NCBI GenBank assembly: GCA_050084515.1
Contig: CM114271.1
Span: 18,228,001-18,292,000, forward strand
Direction of reading: 5' to 3'
DNA length: 64,000 nucleotides
Source: Blasia pusilla
Taxonomy: Eukaryota
This document shows, piece after piece, positions 40,501 to 56,327 of this stretch. The position numbers and the translations under genes are program-made. The first letter of the stretch is position 1. Each line of letters starts with the position of its first letter. The notes beneath the pieces were generated by a model, which saw only the letters and a program-made list of their open reading frames with translations, made no database searches and had not been told where the DNA came from.

Positions 40501-41725
40501 AAATAATAGAACAAATGGGTAAGGAATTTCATGTAAAAATAATAAAAGCAATGCATGTATGGAAGCATAAACTTCTTTAAAAACTCGATGAAAATAATAG
40601 TACAAAGGAAATAACTTCCTTTTCTAATCAGATATTTTGCTAAAAACTTCCAAAATTCATAAAACTATCAATAATACCCCGCATTGGTCAAGAAATCCAT
40701 AGTATTAGCGAAATTTTGAATTTACAAATAGTGGCCAAACACAATCATTCTCCCAATAGCAAATTAAATTCACTTAAGAAAACACAAGAACTATCCAAGC
40801 AAATCACATACCTTTTGTAAATTGTGATTCCCCTCGTATAGTCATAAAGTGAGAAAATAGAGGTGAAATATCTTTTTTGATAAATATTTAAATAGGTCCT
40901 TAATCTAGAAGAAATAATTTATAAATAGTCTGTTATTTGCATTAGGATGCCCAATTTTTTAAGGTTTCAGTATTTGCCACATTTCAAGACTCTAGTATGT
41001 TACTAAGTGGTCTAAATTTTGACATCTCTAGTATATTTAACCAATGAATGATATTTCCGAGTTCACAATCTTGATATTTGCATTTCCATTGCGAGATCCA
41101 AATGCTGAAATATCAAGGATATTGAGTAATGTATGGTTTCCAAACTTATTGTCTTCTCTAATGTTTGTGTAGACTTCTCCATCTTAAGAAGAAGAAGGAT
41201 CATAATCTCCACACAAAGATGTGGTCGTTTAGCAACGATTGAACAAGAATACAGAATGGGGAGAAGGGCAAAAACAATGTGTTGCTCAAATGGTCACTTT
41301 AAGACTTGCATAATCAAGGAATGCATCCATGTCTATTGCCTTGGGAACCATTCCGCAAACTTTGCCATCTAAGGAAGACATAAACTATTTCCATATTCCC
41401 ACACATAACCAAGAAGGTTAAGAGGCAATTAAAGAGGAGTATCGGTCGTGAAAACGCCTAATCCCTAAACATTAGGATAATTGTTACTTTACGACTTGGG
41501 TATCTGTGGAATGGCTTTTGAGCTATTGCATTGGAAACCATTCCACAATCTTTGCCATCTTAGGACGATGGAGGATCATCTCCATAAAAAAATCGAGAAC
41601 CTCTAGCAATGGCTAAATAGGAGTAAAAAGTGAGGAGAAGGAAGAAAATAACTTGTCACATAATGGCTTCTAAGCAATTGCATTGGAAAAATTATGTATG
41701 CTTTCTCAAGAAGAGGGAGCACACT

Positions 41726-42070
41726 GCTACATCTTAGTTAGTCGATATGTAGAATTCAACCGCGTCGACGACATAGAGGGTCAGTGGGTAGTTTGGGTGT
41801 AACTTTGTTCAGAGATGTTGGATGAGGTTGACAACTTGTCCATTGTGTGAGGAATGTCATTTTTGGCGATTTTCCTACTTTGATATTTCTAGCCAAGTAA
41901 CCCGTTGATGAGTCAAAGATCAATGGGTAACTTGTGCTCCATCATATGTTAATGTTTTGAGGCTATTTTTCGGGAAAGAGAATTTTTGGCTCTTCCAAAG
42001 GCTAAAAGAGAGGGACAGATGGCTTTCCCAAGCCATCTTTCCATCATGTTGGTAAGGGGTTACTAGCATA
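41726..42070 (+). repeat. Terminal-repeat-like sequence of a third subfamily, copy 1
   Basis: Similar to 44802-45350 (cttagttag..gggtagtttgggtgtaactt..ccgttga..ctttcccaagccatctttcc) and directly precedes a DNMT fragment. Confidence 0.6.
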
Positions 42071-44800
42071 CACTAAGCGCCCATATTTTGTTGTTGGGGG
42101 CACATGCCTTGGATAGAGGTGGCACCATTCATTTGGTGATTGTAGGATGGCCATGTCAAGATCATTCATCGGCTGGCCAAGGGTTTAGAATGCAGGATCC
42201 GAGGCCAGGATGTTTTAGGAGATGCTACAAATATTCGATACTTGTAGGAGAGTCACATATGTTCTCCGGCGTATATTCTGTAGAACGTGCCACTATTGGG
42301 AGACACTCGTGCACGGGTGATGACGAGTGTGCATCAAGTGAGGTCATGGCTAGGACTTTCCATATTGTTGGATGCCGCGAGAGTTGGATCATACACACAC
42401 TATTTACGGTTATGGTGGACGAACCTTCTATCACTGGAGGTATTGAGCCGAGCTTATGATGGAGTTCAAAGAATACCACAATTGATTGTGGATGCGATCC
42501 TGGGTCTATGGCGTCGGTCTCCTGTGATGACGCTCGATGAACTAGATGATAGATCATCGTAGGCGGTAGCCAATAGGGTGGGGGAGTTGAGGTCAGCCTT
42601 ACCTACGTTGTTGAGCTTCACGATATCCCATGCCTTTTGAAAAGGAGGGCGAGGCATGACTTGGGATGCAAAGATCCGAGCATTAGATGAGTTTACTGAT
42701 AATAAGCGCGAACCCGCCATGGGGTTTACTATTGGTATGTGATACTATGACACTGCCAGATGTGATAGAGGCATCACGATGGACCTCAATTTTCTCACAT
42801 GGATAGTCACTCTAGGTATGGTTGAGCACAGAGGGATGTGAGTATCATCAATTGCATCACGTCCATAATGTCACATCTTCTAGGATAGATCGACAAGATC
42901 TACTAGCGCGCCTTTGGGGATACTATAGGTCAACCTCAAGAGGTTGAGGATGACCTACCAAGGCCACGGGTAACCTGAGAGAGTAGGTTTTCCCTTTGTT
43001 TTGGCTCATTTGGAGCCATATTGAGAAACTTACTATAACAAGTAAGTTACCATTTGAGTATATTTGACTTTCTATTTTGGGAAGTTATCCTTGACCTCTT
43101 ACAGCAGGTCAACAGCCAAGGAGGTGACCTACGAGCATAAGTTACCGTGGAGAGAGATCTTGGGAGAGGGAAGGGAGTATATCTCAAGGAGAGAGAGCTT
43201 GAGCACTCATTCTTTCTTTGTTGAACTTCTTGGCATGAGGCGACAGAGCTATGGTCCTCTTTGACTTGTGTGTATAACCTAAGCCTCTCTTGAGGAGAGT
43301 TGGTTTTGGTTTGATATGAGAGAGATAGAGTTGTGCACCTTGTAAGACATTATGAGAGAGTGTTACTTGATTTAATTCGAGATATTTTGTTACTTATCGT
43401 CTGATGTTTGGATAACATGAGTTAGCATGGGATCGAGAGTGTTTGTGTGTGTATTTGGTGAAAGCGATATATGTTGTGTAACGATGTCTATGCGCACAAC
43501 AATGAGTTAGCGTATTGCTCACATGGTATGTAAAGACATTGGCTAGGGGCGAGGGGAGGAGAGATAGGCATCCATGGACTTCCTGGGACGTCATTTGAGC
43601 AGAGAGTATGGAGGTGGCCAAAGTGGCACATGTTCATTTTTCAAGTGTGGAGCATGATGTGGGATCTAGATCAGAGTGGGATAACTGTAGCAAAGATGGC
43701 TAAGGTTGCTACATAGTAACCCTAGCTACATCGTTCTTTGGTTGCCATATAGCAACCCTAGCTAGACGGGGGTTGCGTCCTCTTCGAGTGAGGTCACGAT
43801 GGAGACTTGGGAGCTTGTGATATGTCTTGAGTTGACAAGAGAAGAGAGACCGTAGATACATAGATTTTTGAGAGGGCATGTGGGATGTTTTTCCTTCAAT
43901 ATAAGAGACTTGGGTACTTTTAAGGATCCCGAGATACGGATAGATTTCACTAATGATATGCCAATCCTTTGTCGATCCTAGAGGTATTTTGACATGGAGC
44001 GAGCCTTGACTCCGAGTAAGAGTCAGGACTTGTGGGAGGCAGTATTGGTGGAGTTATTGCATGAGGAGTATGCATATACCAAAGTCATGCTGGCGAAGAA
44101 GGATATGTATGGCAACTGGATAGATGGGCAGATGTGTAGAGATCACAATCCTATTAACCGGCAGACAAGATTAGATTGGTATGCCATGTCTACTCATGAG
44201 GAGATCTTTTCTTTGGTAGGGCATTCAAAGCAAAGATCTCCTCATGAGTAGACATGGCATACTTTAGCATGGAGATCTTAAGTACTGCCCTCTTTGCTTT
44301 GGTAGGCATCTCCGTGCTGGCTATCATCAACTGCCTATCAGGATGGAGGACAAGAAGAAGACAAATTTTTGGGGGATAGATTGGTTCGCAAGAGATTTTT
44401 TGTAATAGTGGTGGTTCTTACCATTTGGGTTCAAGAACACCCTTATGGAGTTCCAGAGAGTCATGCATAGGATTTTGGCTCGCTTGGATTTTGTACAATG
44501 TTACATAGATGATATTGTTATCTTCAATTCCATGATTGAGGAGCATGAGCGACACCTGGAGGAGGGGTTTTGATCATTGCAATTATATCCAGGCAAGTGC
44601 AAGTTTTTTGAAGAGCAAATTGAGTACTTGGGACAAACCATAAACCATAAGGTGGGTTAGATGTTCAACACATAAAGGTGAAGGCTATTATACAGATTCC
44701 ATGCCCTACAAATGTGAGTCTAGTTCGAGCGTTTCTGGGACACGTAAACATCTGTTGCCAATATATCAAGGGGTTTAGTGCGATTGTGAAGTCTTTGACC
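42070..44800 (+). mobile_element. Element E: degenerate DNMT-RT fragment of the same group
   Basis: LVIVGWPCQDHS (42130-42170), NVPLLGD, LLDAARVGS..LRLWWTNL, and RT motifs LPFG and CYIDD (~44500). Confidence 0.85.
42869..43501 (+). mobile_element. Solo A-B unit of family 1 (633 bp) nested in element E
   Basis: TGTCA...CAACA, with A directly followed by B. Flanks ataa/atga. Confidence 0.85.
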
Positions 44801-44801
44801 T

Positions 44802-48358
<3,557 letters not shown>

Positions 48359-49111
48359 TGTCGTGCGAATCCACATCGTCATACAACATACATCGTTGAC
48401 ATACCATACTTACATACATACAACATAGACGAGAGCATCCACAAACATAAGTGTACCACAACTGAAATCCGTGGAAGACCTACTGTCATAACACACGTAT
48501 AGAATCACATACAATCGAGCCAAACCCACTCCACGATGGGAGAATCCAAGTCGAAGCTTGCGGGAACTACCATAACCAAGAGCTCTACTCACTACCAAGG
48601 CTAACTCCCAACACAACAAGCTCAACTCAAAGAACTAACTGTTCTTTGAGTGCACTCCACACTATATCCTCCAACCTAACAGCGGGCCCTACTGGAAAAG
48701 TCACCCTCAACTGAGTAACCCCCAACCCTGTGTATGGAACCGCATCTCTACCTAGACACTACGGCCCTACATAAGGTATGGCCTCTACTAGCACACTATA
48801 CTCTACGACATAATCCGTATGGTCATGACAGTTGTCATGCGAATCCACATCGTCATAAAACATACATCGCTGATATACCATACTCACATACATACATAAC
48901 ATATACGAGAGTATCCACAAACACAAGTGTACCACAACTCGCCCCCCTAACTAGCGGTTAGGTCCCTCTAACTCCTAGGTAGCCCTATACATCTACAACA
49001 TGCTATACACCTTCTTGGGTGCCCGAATCAAAAGGTCGGGTGCTAGGTTGCCCCATCGTTAGTCGCACATATGTAATCCATATCATGCAAAGATCAAGTC
49101 ATCTACCTCTC

Positions 49112-50257
49112 CTAAGTACATCGAGGACAAACCCACCTTCCAGTAGGAACAACATCCATACATGGAGTCAAACACATAATGTGCCAACCCCTAGAACACC
49201 GATCACACACCAACATACAGGCTGTGTTACCAGCAGACCCACACAACATGCACCTCAAGCTAGCATGTATCATGGCTAAGCTTGGATCAACAGTACCATC
49301 CACATTTGGAAGATGACATTGCTCACAATTATGCACATGGTCCTTCCAAAAAACTCCATCACGACCCTCAAACATGAGAACTCCAGAAGCTAACACCTCG
49401 CGCACTCGTAAAATAGTGCGGTCTGCCGTCACATCCAACGTTGTCGGTGCAATCTGCTGCAAATAGACATAGTCCCCCACATGGAACATACAAATCGATG
49501 GTCGATAACCTCCACCCTGAATGGTTGCATACCGCAACGTATCCTTATTTTGAGCAATGGCAAGACTCTCAAAGGTTGTTGGCATAACTCTCCGAAAGAG
49601 CTCTGTCCGCTGAGAACACACTCTCATCCACATCTCTGGGTCATCAAGGTTCACCACCTCACTAGACTCCCGACGAATTGCTACTGGCAAGTCTGGATCT
49701 CGGCCGTTTAACAGAAAATAAGGTGAGAAGGAAGCCAAGGATGCTTGGCGACTGAACCTATATCCCACGGCTAACCATGACAACTGAATATCCCAGTCTC
49801 CAAGATGCTCCTTCTGTAGGCCATACTTGCGCAATGCCCTCTTCACCGTCTGAACCACACGCTCAGCCAAACCATCCGCCTCTGTATGATCTCGAGACGT
49901 GGTCCGATGATCAATCAACGCCTTGTCACACAAGACCTGAAACTCACCCTGAAACTTTGGACCCTGGTCGGTCAGCACTTCAGCTGGTGCACCAAAATGA
50001 CTAAGCACTCTATCAAGAAATGCATACGCTATTCCCTCACTTGCCTTGTGAAGTAATGCCACCAAATCAATCCACTTGGATAAGTGCTCCACCATCACCA
50101 ACACATATCGATGATGTCGTACAGTCAACGGTAACGGTCCCGCAAAGTCCACACTCCAACGGTAATCCAACCCCATAATAAGCAAGATGTGTAATTGTGG
50201 TATAGAGGCATTGAATGATGCCCTCACCTGGTCACAAACCATACAACGTGACACCAA
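49112..50257 (-). CDS. Integrase core fused in frame to a C-terminal PHD finger (381 aa, element C)
   Basis: WSVDFAGP, LTDQG and GLAERVV (DDE), then CMLCGS...MLVCDRCSRGWHIMCL...WVCPRC in one open frame. Confidence 0.9.
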   Translation of the reverse strand: MVSRCMVCDQVRASFNASIPQLHILLIMGLDYRWSVDFAGPLPLTVRHHRYVLVMVEHLSKWIDLVALLHKASEGIAYAFLDRVLSHFGAPAEVLTDQGPKFQGEFQVLCDKALIDHRTTSRDHTEADGLAERVVQTVKRALRKYGLQKEHLGDWDIQLSWLAVGYRFSRQASLASFSPYFLLNGRDPDLPVAIRRESSEVVNLDDPEMWMRVCSQRTELFRRVMPTTFESLAIAQNKDTLRYATIQGGGYRPSICMFHVGDYVYLQQIAPTTLDVTADRTILRVREVLASGVLMFEGRDGVFWKDHVHNCEQCHLPNVDGTVDPSLAMIHASLRCMLCGSAGNTACMLVCDRCSRGWHIMCLTPCMDVVPTGRWVCPRCT

Positions 50258-52269
50258 TTGCTACACCTGAGTATGCATGCCACGCCACCAATACTGACCA
50301 AGGAGTAAGCTATATGTACGCTTTATCCCAAAATATCCCAACTCCTCATGGGCATGTCGCACAATGCGCTCTCTTTGAGCCAAATGCGGCACTACTCGTA
50401 CTCTACCATCCTCCCACACACGGAGAATATGTGTTCCCTCCAATCGATACCTCTTAGCACGTTGAAGAACACGGTCTCGCTCCTTGGCACTCACTATGCC
50501 TGGCACCCTACTGGTCCGTAGGAACTCCAACACCAACGCATCATCATGAATATCACGCTGATCCGTACCACCATCTCCAACCTAGGATCTGAAGGCTCGC
50601 CATCTACCCTCTGACTAGAGTAAGATGGCCAGCCATCTTACTCTAGTAAGATGTCATGTGGTCCTCCATACTAGAGTCCACCCCTAACCAACATAAAAAG
50701 GTAGATGCATGCCAACTTGGCACCATCTCCTCATCAACCTCGCCATGCCATCTAGCCCCAGTTGCATCCTCTTGGCTAGTACATGGGTTCCTACTCAACC
50801 CATCAGCATCAAGGTTGGCAACTCGAGGTCTATGTACCACTTGGAAGTCGTACTCCTGTAAGATAAGAGCCCACCGTGCAAGCTTCCCTGTAAGCTTGTC
50901 AGACTCCATCAACCACTTGAGCGGCTGGTGATCAGTAACAAGGGTAAAGTGTGTGCCAAACAAGTAACACACAACCCACACTGCTGCCAAGCACTCTCCC
51001 TCATATGAACTATAGCGCGAAATTGGTTCAAAGGCTTTGCCATAGCACTAAATCCCTTCACATACCTCCGATAGTAGTTCACCAATCCCATGAATTCCTG
51101 AACTCTACTCACATCTACCGGACGAGGAATAAGTGCAATAGCCTCCACCTTTGCTTGCCGAACTCCCAAACCACCTGGATAGATCACATGACCCAAGTAC
51201 TCAACATCCTCATGGAAGAACTTACACTTTTCCGGATGCAAACGTAGACCATGAGCTTTCAACCGCTCAAACACAATCTGCAAATGTATCTGATGCTCCT
51301 CCACCGTGTTACTGAACACCAAGATATCATCCATGTAACACCGAACAAAATCCAACCCTGCTAGGATCCTGTCCATCACCCTCTGAAACTCGGCATGTGC
51401 ATTCTTCAACCCAAAGGGTAAGAATTTCCACTAGTACAAACAATCCTTGCCATGAGAGTTGACACCCCAAAATGTTGTCTTGGCCTTGTCACTCTCTCGA
51501 ATCGGCAATCGATGGTATCTGCCGAAGATCCAAAATCTGAAAATCTTTGCTGTCCCACCACATCAAAGATCTCTCAGGTGTAGGCATGGCATACCTATCG
51601 CCTTGGTCTGCCGATTGATAGGACGGTAATCTCCACACATCCGCCTATCCGTGTAGTTGCCATGCATATCCTTTTTTAGCATGATGGCAAAGTGGGGTGA
51701 TGCATACTCTCCATGCGAAAATTCCACTAATCCAGCCTCCAAAAGGTCCAACGTCCTACTCTGAATCAGGTCCCTCTCCATATCACTATGTTGGTAGGGA
51801 CGATGAAAGATTGGCATATCACTAGCCAAATCAATCCGTATACCGGTCCAACCAAAGCACCCAACTCCTTCATGCTAAAGGCAAAACAACTCCTATAAGT
51901 ACGTAGGAACTGTGTCAAGCGTCATTTCTCACCTCCCGTAAGCTTGGGCCCAAGTAATGGCTCCCAAGTCTCCTCCACTGGCACACTAGAGGGAGAGGAC
52001 GACGCCATTGGTTGCTACGCAACCCCCTCACAAGATGGTACACCCTTAGCTACACCATCATTTGAGCAAATAACTCCTCCACCGGCATGAGCAACCGACT
52101 CCACATGCCCAGCCATTACATCCCATTTACTCCAAGGATGCAAAATACTACTCTCCTCGCCCCCAGCTGATGCCTCTACCATCCCGGTAGCCATCGAGCT
52201 CATCACAAGGGGTGAAAGACCCACAAACATAGTCCGAAGTTGACGCTGCTCGACCATACCAATACTCAA

Positions 52270-53230
52270 AATCCAGGTCAAACAATTCAGGTCCATGGCC
52301 TGACCCAACACATGACATCGTGAAGCCTCATAAATGGAAGCAACCGCTGTCACACCAATAGCAAATCCCATCGCACGCTCTCTCTCATCAGCGTTAGGCT
52401 CCACCAAGTGTCGCACATGAGAATCCTTACAAGCCCGGACCACCTTCCCTGTAGGCATGTGACGAGGGAAAACTCACAAATGTGGGTAGTGCCATCCTAG
52501 GCTGGCCCACATGGTTTACCACTGCCATGGGTGACCGATCAATAACCCTCACCACTTAAGAGAGTCGCCCAGTATCCAAGATACTAGCCATTGTAAGGCA
52601 AGGATCCCAGCTGCATTGCATCATATGCTCGACGTAGAACCTCCCTAGGCAACAAGTTTGTCCACCACAAGCGTGGACGATGTGCACGCAAGCCAACTCA
52701 CGCTGAATCTAACAACACCGCTGGTCCAATCCAAGACCGCATCTCATGAACACTCGCCATCATCCGGGTTCGAGTGTCACCCAACAATGGAACATTCTCC
52801 AAAATGTGAACTGGAGCACGTGCCTGATGAACCTGAAGATATTGTAATACCCGTAATATCTCCCAAAATAATCGAGACCTAGGGTCGTGTAATCCTCACC
52901 ACGACCAGCACGTGTATGACCCTAACATGGCCATCCAGCAATCACCAAATCCACAAGACCAACCCTCTCAAGGTCTTGCGCCCCCAACAATGCAATGTGT
53001 GACGGCAAAGCACGCTGGTATCCACGAATAGCTGATGGTGGCAACAACTCAAGATATCTCCGAATCAATTGACCAATATGTTGGGATGAGACTCTCTGGG
53101 CCGTCTCATCTCGCTCCACATACACGTATCTCCACACAGGAATACAGCTTGCAACACTGCAGCCAAACCAGTGCTCATCCCACCAAAGAGATCTAACACA
53201 CAAATGCCCTCCGGCGGATACTCCTATACA
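52270..53230 (-). pseudogene. Element C cytosine methyltransferase domain
   Basis: LDLFGG (~53180-53195), YVYVERDE, LVIAGWPC*, ENV (~52795), ERERAMGF, RCHVLGQAMDL. Confidence 0.9.
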
Positions 53231-55052
53231 ATGCGTGTAGTATCCAAAGGGGATAACCCAACTAGACCAGAAGTAGGAGTCCACCGTGGGGCCTCCTCTT
53301 CCTCGTGAGGTATAACAGCCTCACACCAAGCCTCCTGCACTAGGCGTCGACCTCTGCCGTAGTGCACTTTGCTCGAACTCCAAAGTGGCACATCCAACGA
53401 CGAGGATACCACTGCTACAAAACTAGGGACTCCTCTACCTCCTCATGCACAGGAGAATCCATAGCATAAAGGTTACCCTCCAAAAAGTCTCCTGGCCAAG
53501 TGACTACTCCAGAAAAACCAGCCACAGATGCTAACACCGTTACGGAAGACCATCCTGGTCGAACCCGACAAATAAATCTCACAGGAACCTGGCTCACACG
53601 TCCATCCCCGAATTTCCAACAAGGTCTATAAGACGTTGTCTAAGTCCAGTAGTCCATCTGAAAACCCATCCGATACAATACTGCTCCTCCATACGGCTTG
53701 GCTGATGTGACCACTACAGGTACTGCCAACCAGGAGCTATCAGTTGCATGATTTGGTCTCAAGTGTACAGAAAACATCTCCCGTGTCATGAATTGAGACC
53801 TATCATTGGCTCCTCCAAGTGATGTTTGAATCTGAAATGGGCAAGGCTCAAGCTCTGACCTCCGAATACCCAAACCAATACATGTCGCCTTTCCCAACAT
53901 CAAAGGTTGGGCACCAAAGTCTAACAAGACTCTATCTGGTCTATACACCTGTCCTGTAGGACTCACCAATCGGAATATCCCACTCCGGTTGTCCAACATA
54001 CATACACCAGGTGTAAGCCTCTCATGATCAATAGCTGGTCGGGCTGGCAATGCATCCATCTTCGCCGTTGCTGCCTACCAAGTAGCACTGGTACTCAATG
54101 CTACACTTGACATAGAGGGTCGCTCCACCGCAACACCCTCATCCACCTCAACACGTGTAGTAGTAACATCCCCACGTTCACACAACGTGGCTGCTAGCTG
54201 AAATACAGGAGCTAAGTCAACTCCTAAAGCCATCAGCTCCGTGGCTGAAAATAATGGGGATCCCAACACTGAAGTTGCCATCCGCAATATTGCACTGGAT
54301 GCTACATCCCTGTCTACTACACGCGATGTACATGCCTCAGTCCCGACTGTAGGCTCAATAGGCTGCGTAGAAACCATGGATGGAGTCCTAAGCACCTCAG
54401 ACAACAAGAATGACTGGGGAAGCCTAGCCTGCCTCCCAACCTCACCCCTCTGTGGTTCCAACTCCACAATAGCACCACGTGGCTCTAACGCTCGAGTGGC
54501 TCCTCTCGTAACTGCAGCCAATGCTTCAACCTGTGCTACACTCGCCATATAAGAGAGATCATCCCCTCCATAAGAGGTGGAAGCCCCTGCTCTGGAACCT
54601 GCTCTATGCTGGATACCAGCCATAATAGCCAACTTATGCTCCAACTGCTCAATTCAGGCAACCATAGCTGACTCTGTTGTAGTGGTAGGGGTAGCCACCA
54701 TAGGCTCTCCAACCACTGGTCTAGCTCTACCACCCCTACTACCTCTACCATCTTGGCCTCTCGGAGCTACTCCACCACGGCCGCAACCTAATCTCAACTT
54801 TGGATGAAGATCAAAGCAACGCTCTCGAGGATGACCTAGTCTCCCGCAATGATAACACTAAGTTGGGGCCGACTGAGGCCCATCCTCCAAAGTCCGTCCC
54901 CCATCCTCTTGGGGACAAAACCTCCTAACATGATAACCTCCACATGTCTAACATGCCTTTCCTTGCTGCGGGGCAGCAAATGAAGGCAATGGTCTTTGCA
55001 CAAGTGTCCCTCTAGGACCTGACTGAGGTCATATGTACCCCCTACGACTCCC

Positions 55053-55084
<32 letters not shown>

Positions 55085-56327
55085 GAGATTGTGAGGTGGA
55101 TTGCTGAACACGAGAAGTAGTAGTTGTATCCCTACTGAATGCGGATGTCACCACTCTCTCCTCCACCATGTTAAGCTCAATCTTCTCAGATAGAGCAAAC
55201 ACATGGGTCAATGTGGGTGAATCATCACTCATAAGAGTAGCATCACATACCCTGCGGCGCAACTCTTTGTCCAAGATCCCATACCAAAACAGGACTGCCT
55301 GAGCCGCAGTTACACCATGGGTAACTGAAATCAAGCGTCATATTTCAAGCGTCACATAGGAATGTATGCCTCACGAAGACACTCACCAGTCTTTCGCTCA
55401 AATTCCTGAAGACTCCTCAACTTCTCTGTCTTCACTCCCTGATAGTTCTTCTTCAACCTCTCGGAGAACTCTACAACCGGGCTGAACAATGGTGGGGCAC
55501 TAGTATCTCCACTAGTACCCCCACTGGTACCTCCATGGGTACCTCCAATGGTACCTCCACTCCGGCTCGTACTCGTACCACTCAACGTCGGGCTGACTGG
55601 CATAGTAGAAGCACTACTACCAATACCACCATGGGTGATAGACACATAGCCTAGAGACCAATATTGTCTCCACGCCTCAATCTCAACAATATGGTCCTTC
55701 CTAAACTCATGGTAATCGTCCATGGGTGGTCCCTCCAAGTGCTCAAACAACCCCTTCCAAGCCAAGAAGGGTGTAAACAACGTGGCCTTCCGCAACATCT
55801 GCATATCACACCACGTATCAAACTCCTGAATGAAGTCCTCCAACTCAATGGTGCCCACTGCACCTAAGTATAGTCGTGGGCCCTTCATGGCCCCATATAT
55901 CCCATCCATGTCCCAAATCAATGGAGTTGCAGCACTCGATAACAACATAGAAGACTCGGTGTTTAGAACCCCCTTGTCCTCCTCTTCATCAACCGTCAAA
56001 AGTGGAAAAGGTAGTCGATACCTCAATCCACTCCATGTAAAACCACCACTATCTGCACCACGGTCCCCAACTAGACCACCAGACAGCTCTGTGATGACCA
56101 ACGCCGATGCCGCACCACCACCAAATGGTGGCGGTGCGGCAATCACCACCACTAAGTAACTAAGTGACATCGATGTCGCTGTACTATTCTAGCTCTACTA
56201 GCTATGGGTGTAGGCAAGCTAACCTGTCATCACCACAAGAAGCCTCCCACGGTCTACTTGTCATCAATCCAGCCTCACTACCGGTAGCACACATGAGTAA
56301 AACTATTGTGGAAATCGGCGTCAACTT

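Larger units (their letters stand above)
48359..56327 (-). mobile_element. Element C (family 2): gag-PR-DNMT-RT-RH-INT-PHD with B1-A2-B2 3' terminus; 5' leader interrupted by element D
   Basis: Gag ORFs 54075-56170, PR RVLLDFGAQ (53640..54059), DNMT ~52270-53230, RT CYMDD (50909..51409), INT+PHD ORF 49112..50257. B1 48833-48939, A2 48464-48830, B2 48359-48463. Confidence 0.92.

Noticed and set aside
41200-41700. Two to three degenerate ~150-190 bp repeats (attgcattggaaaccattcc)
   Set aside because: Too decayed to assign, with no convincing open frame.
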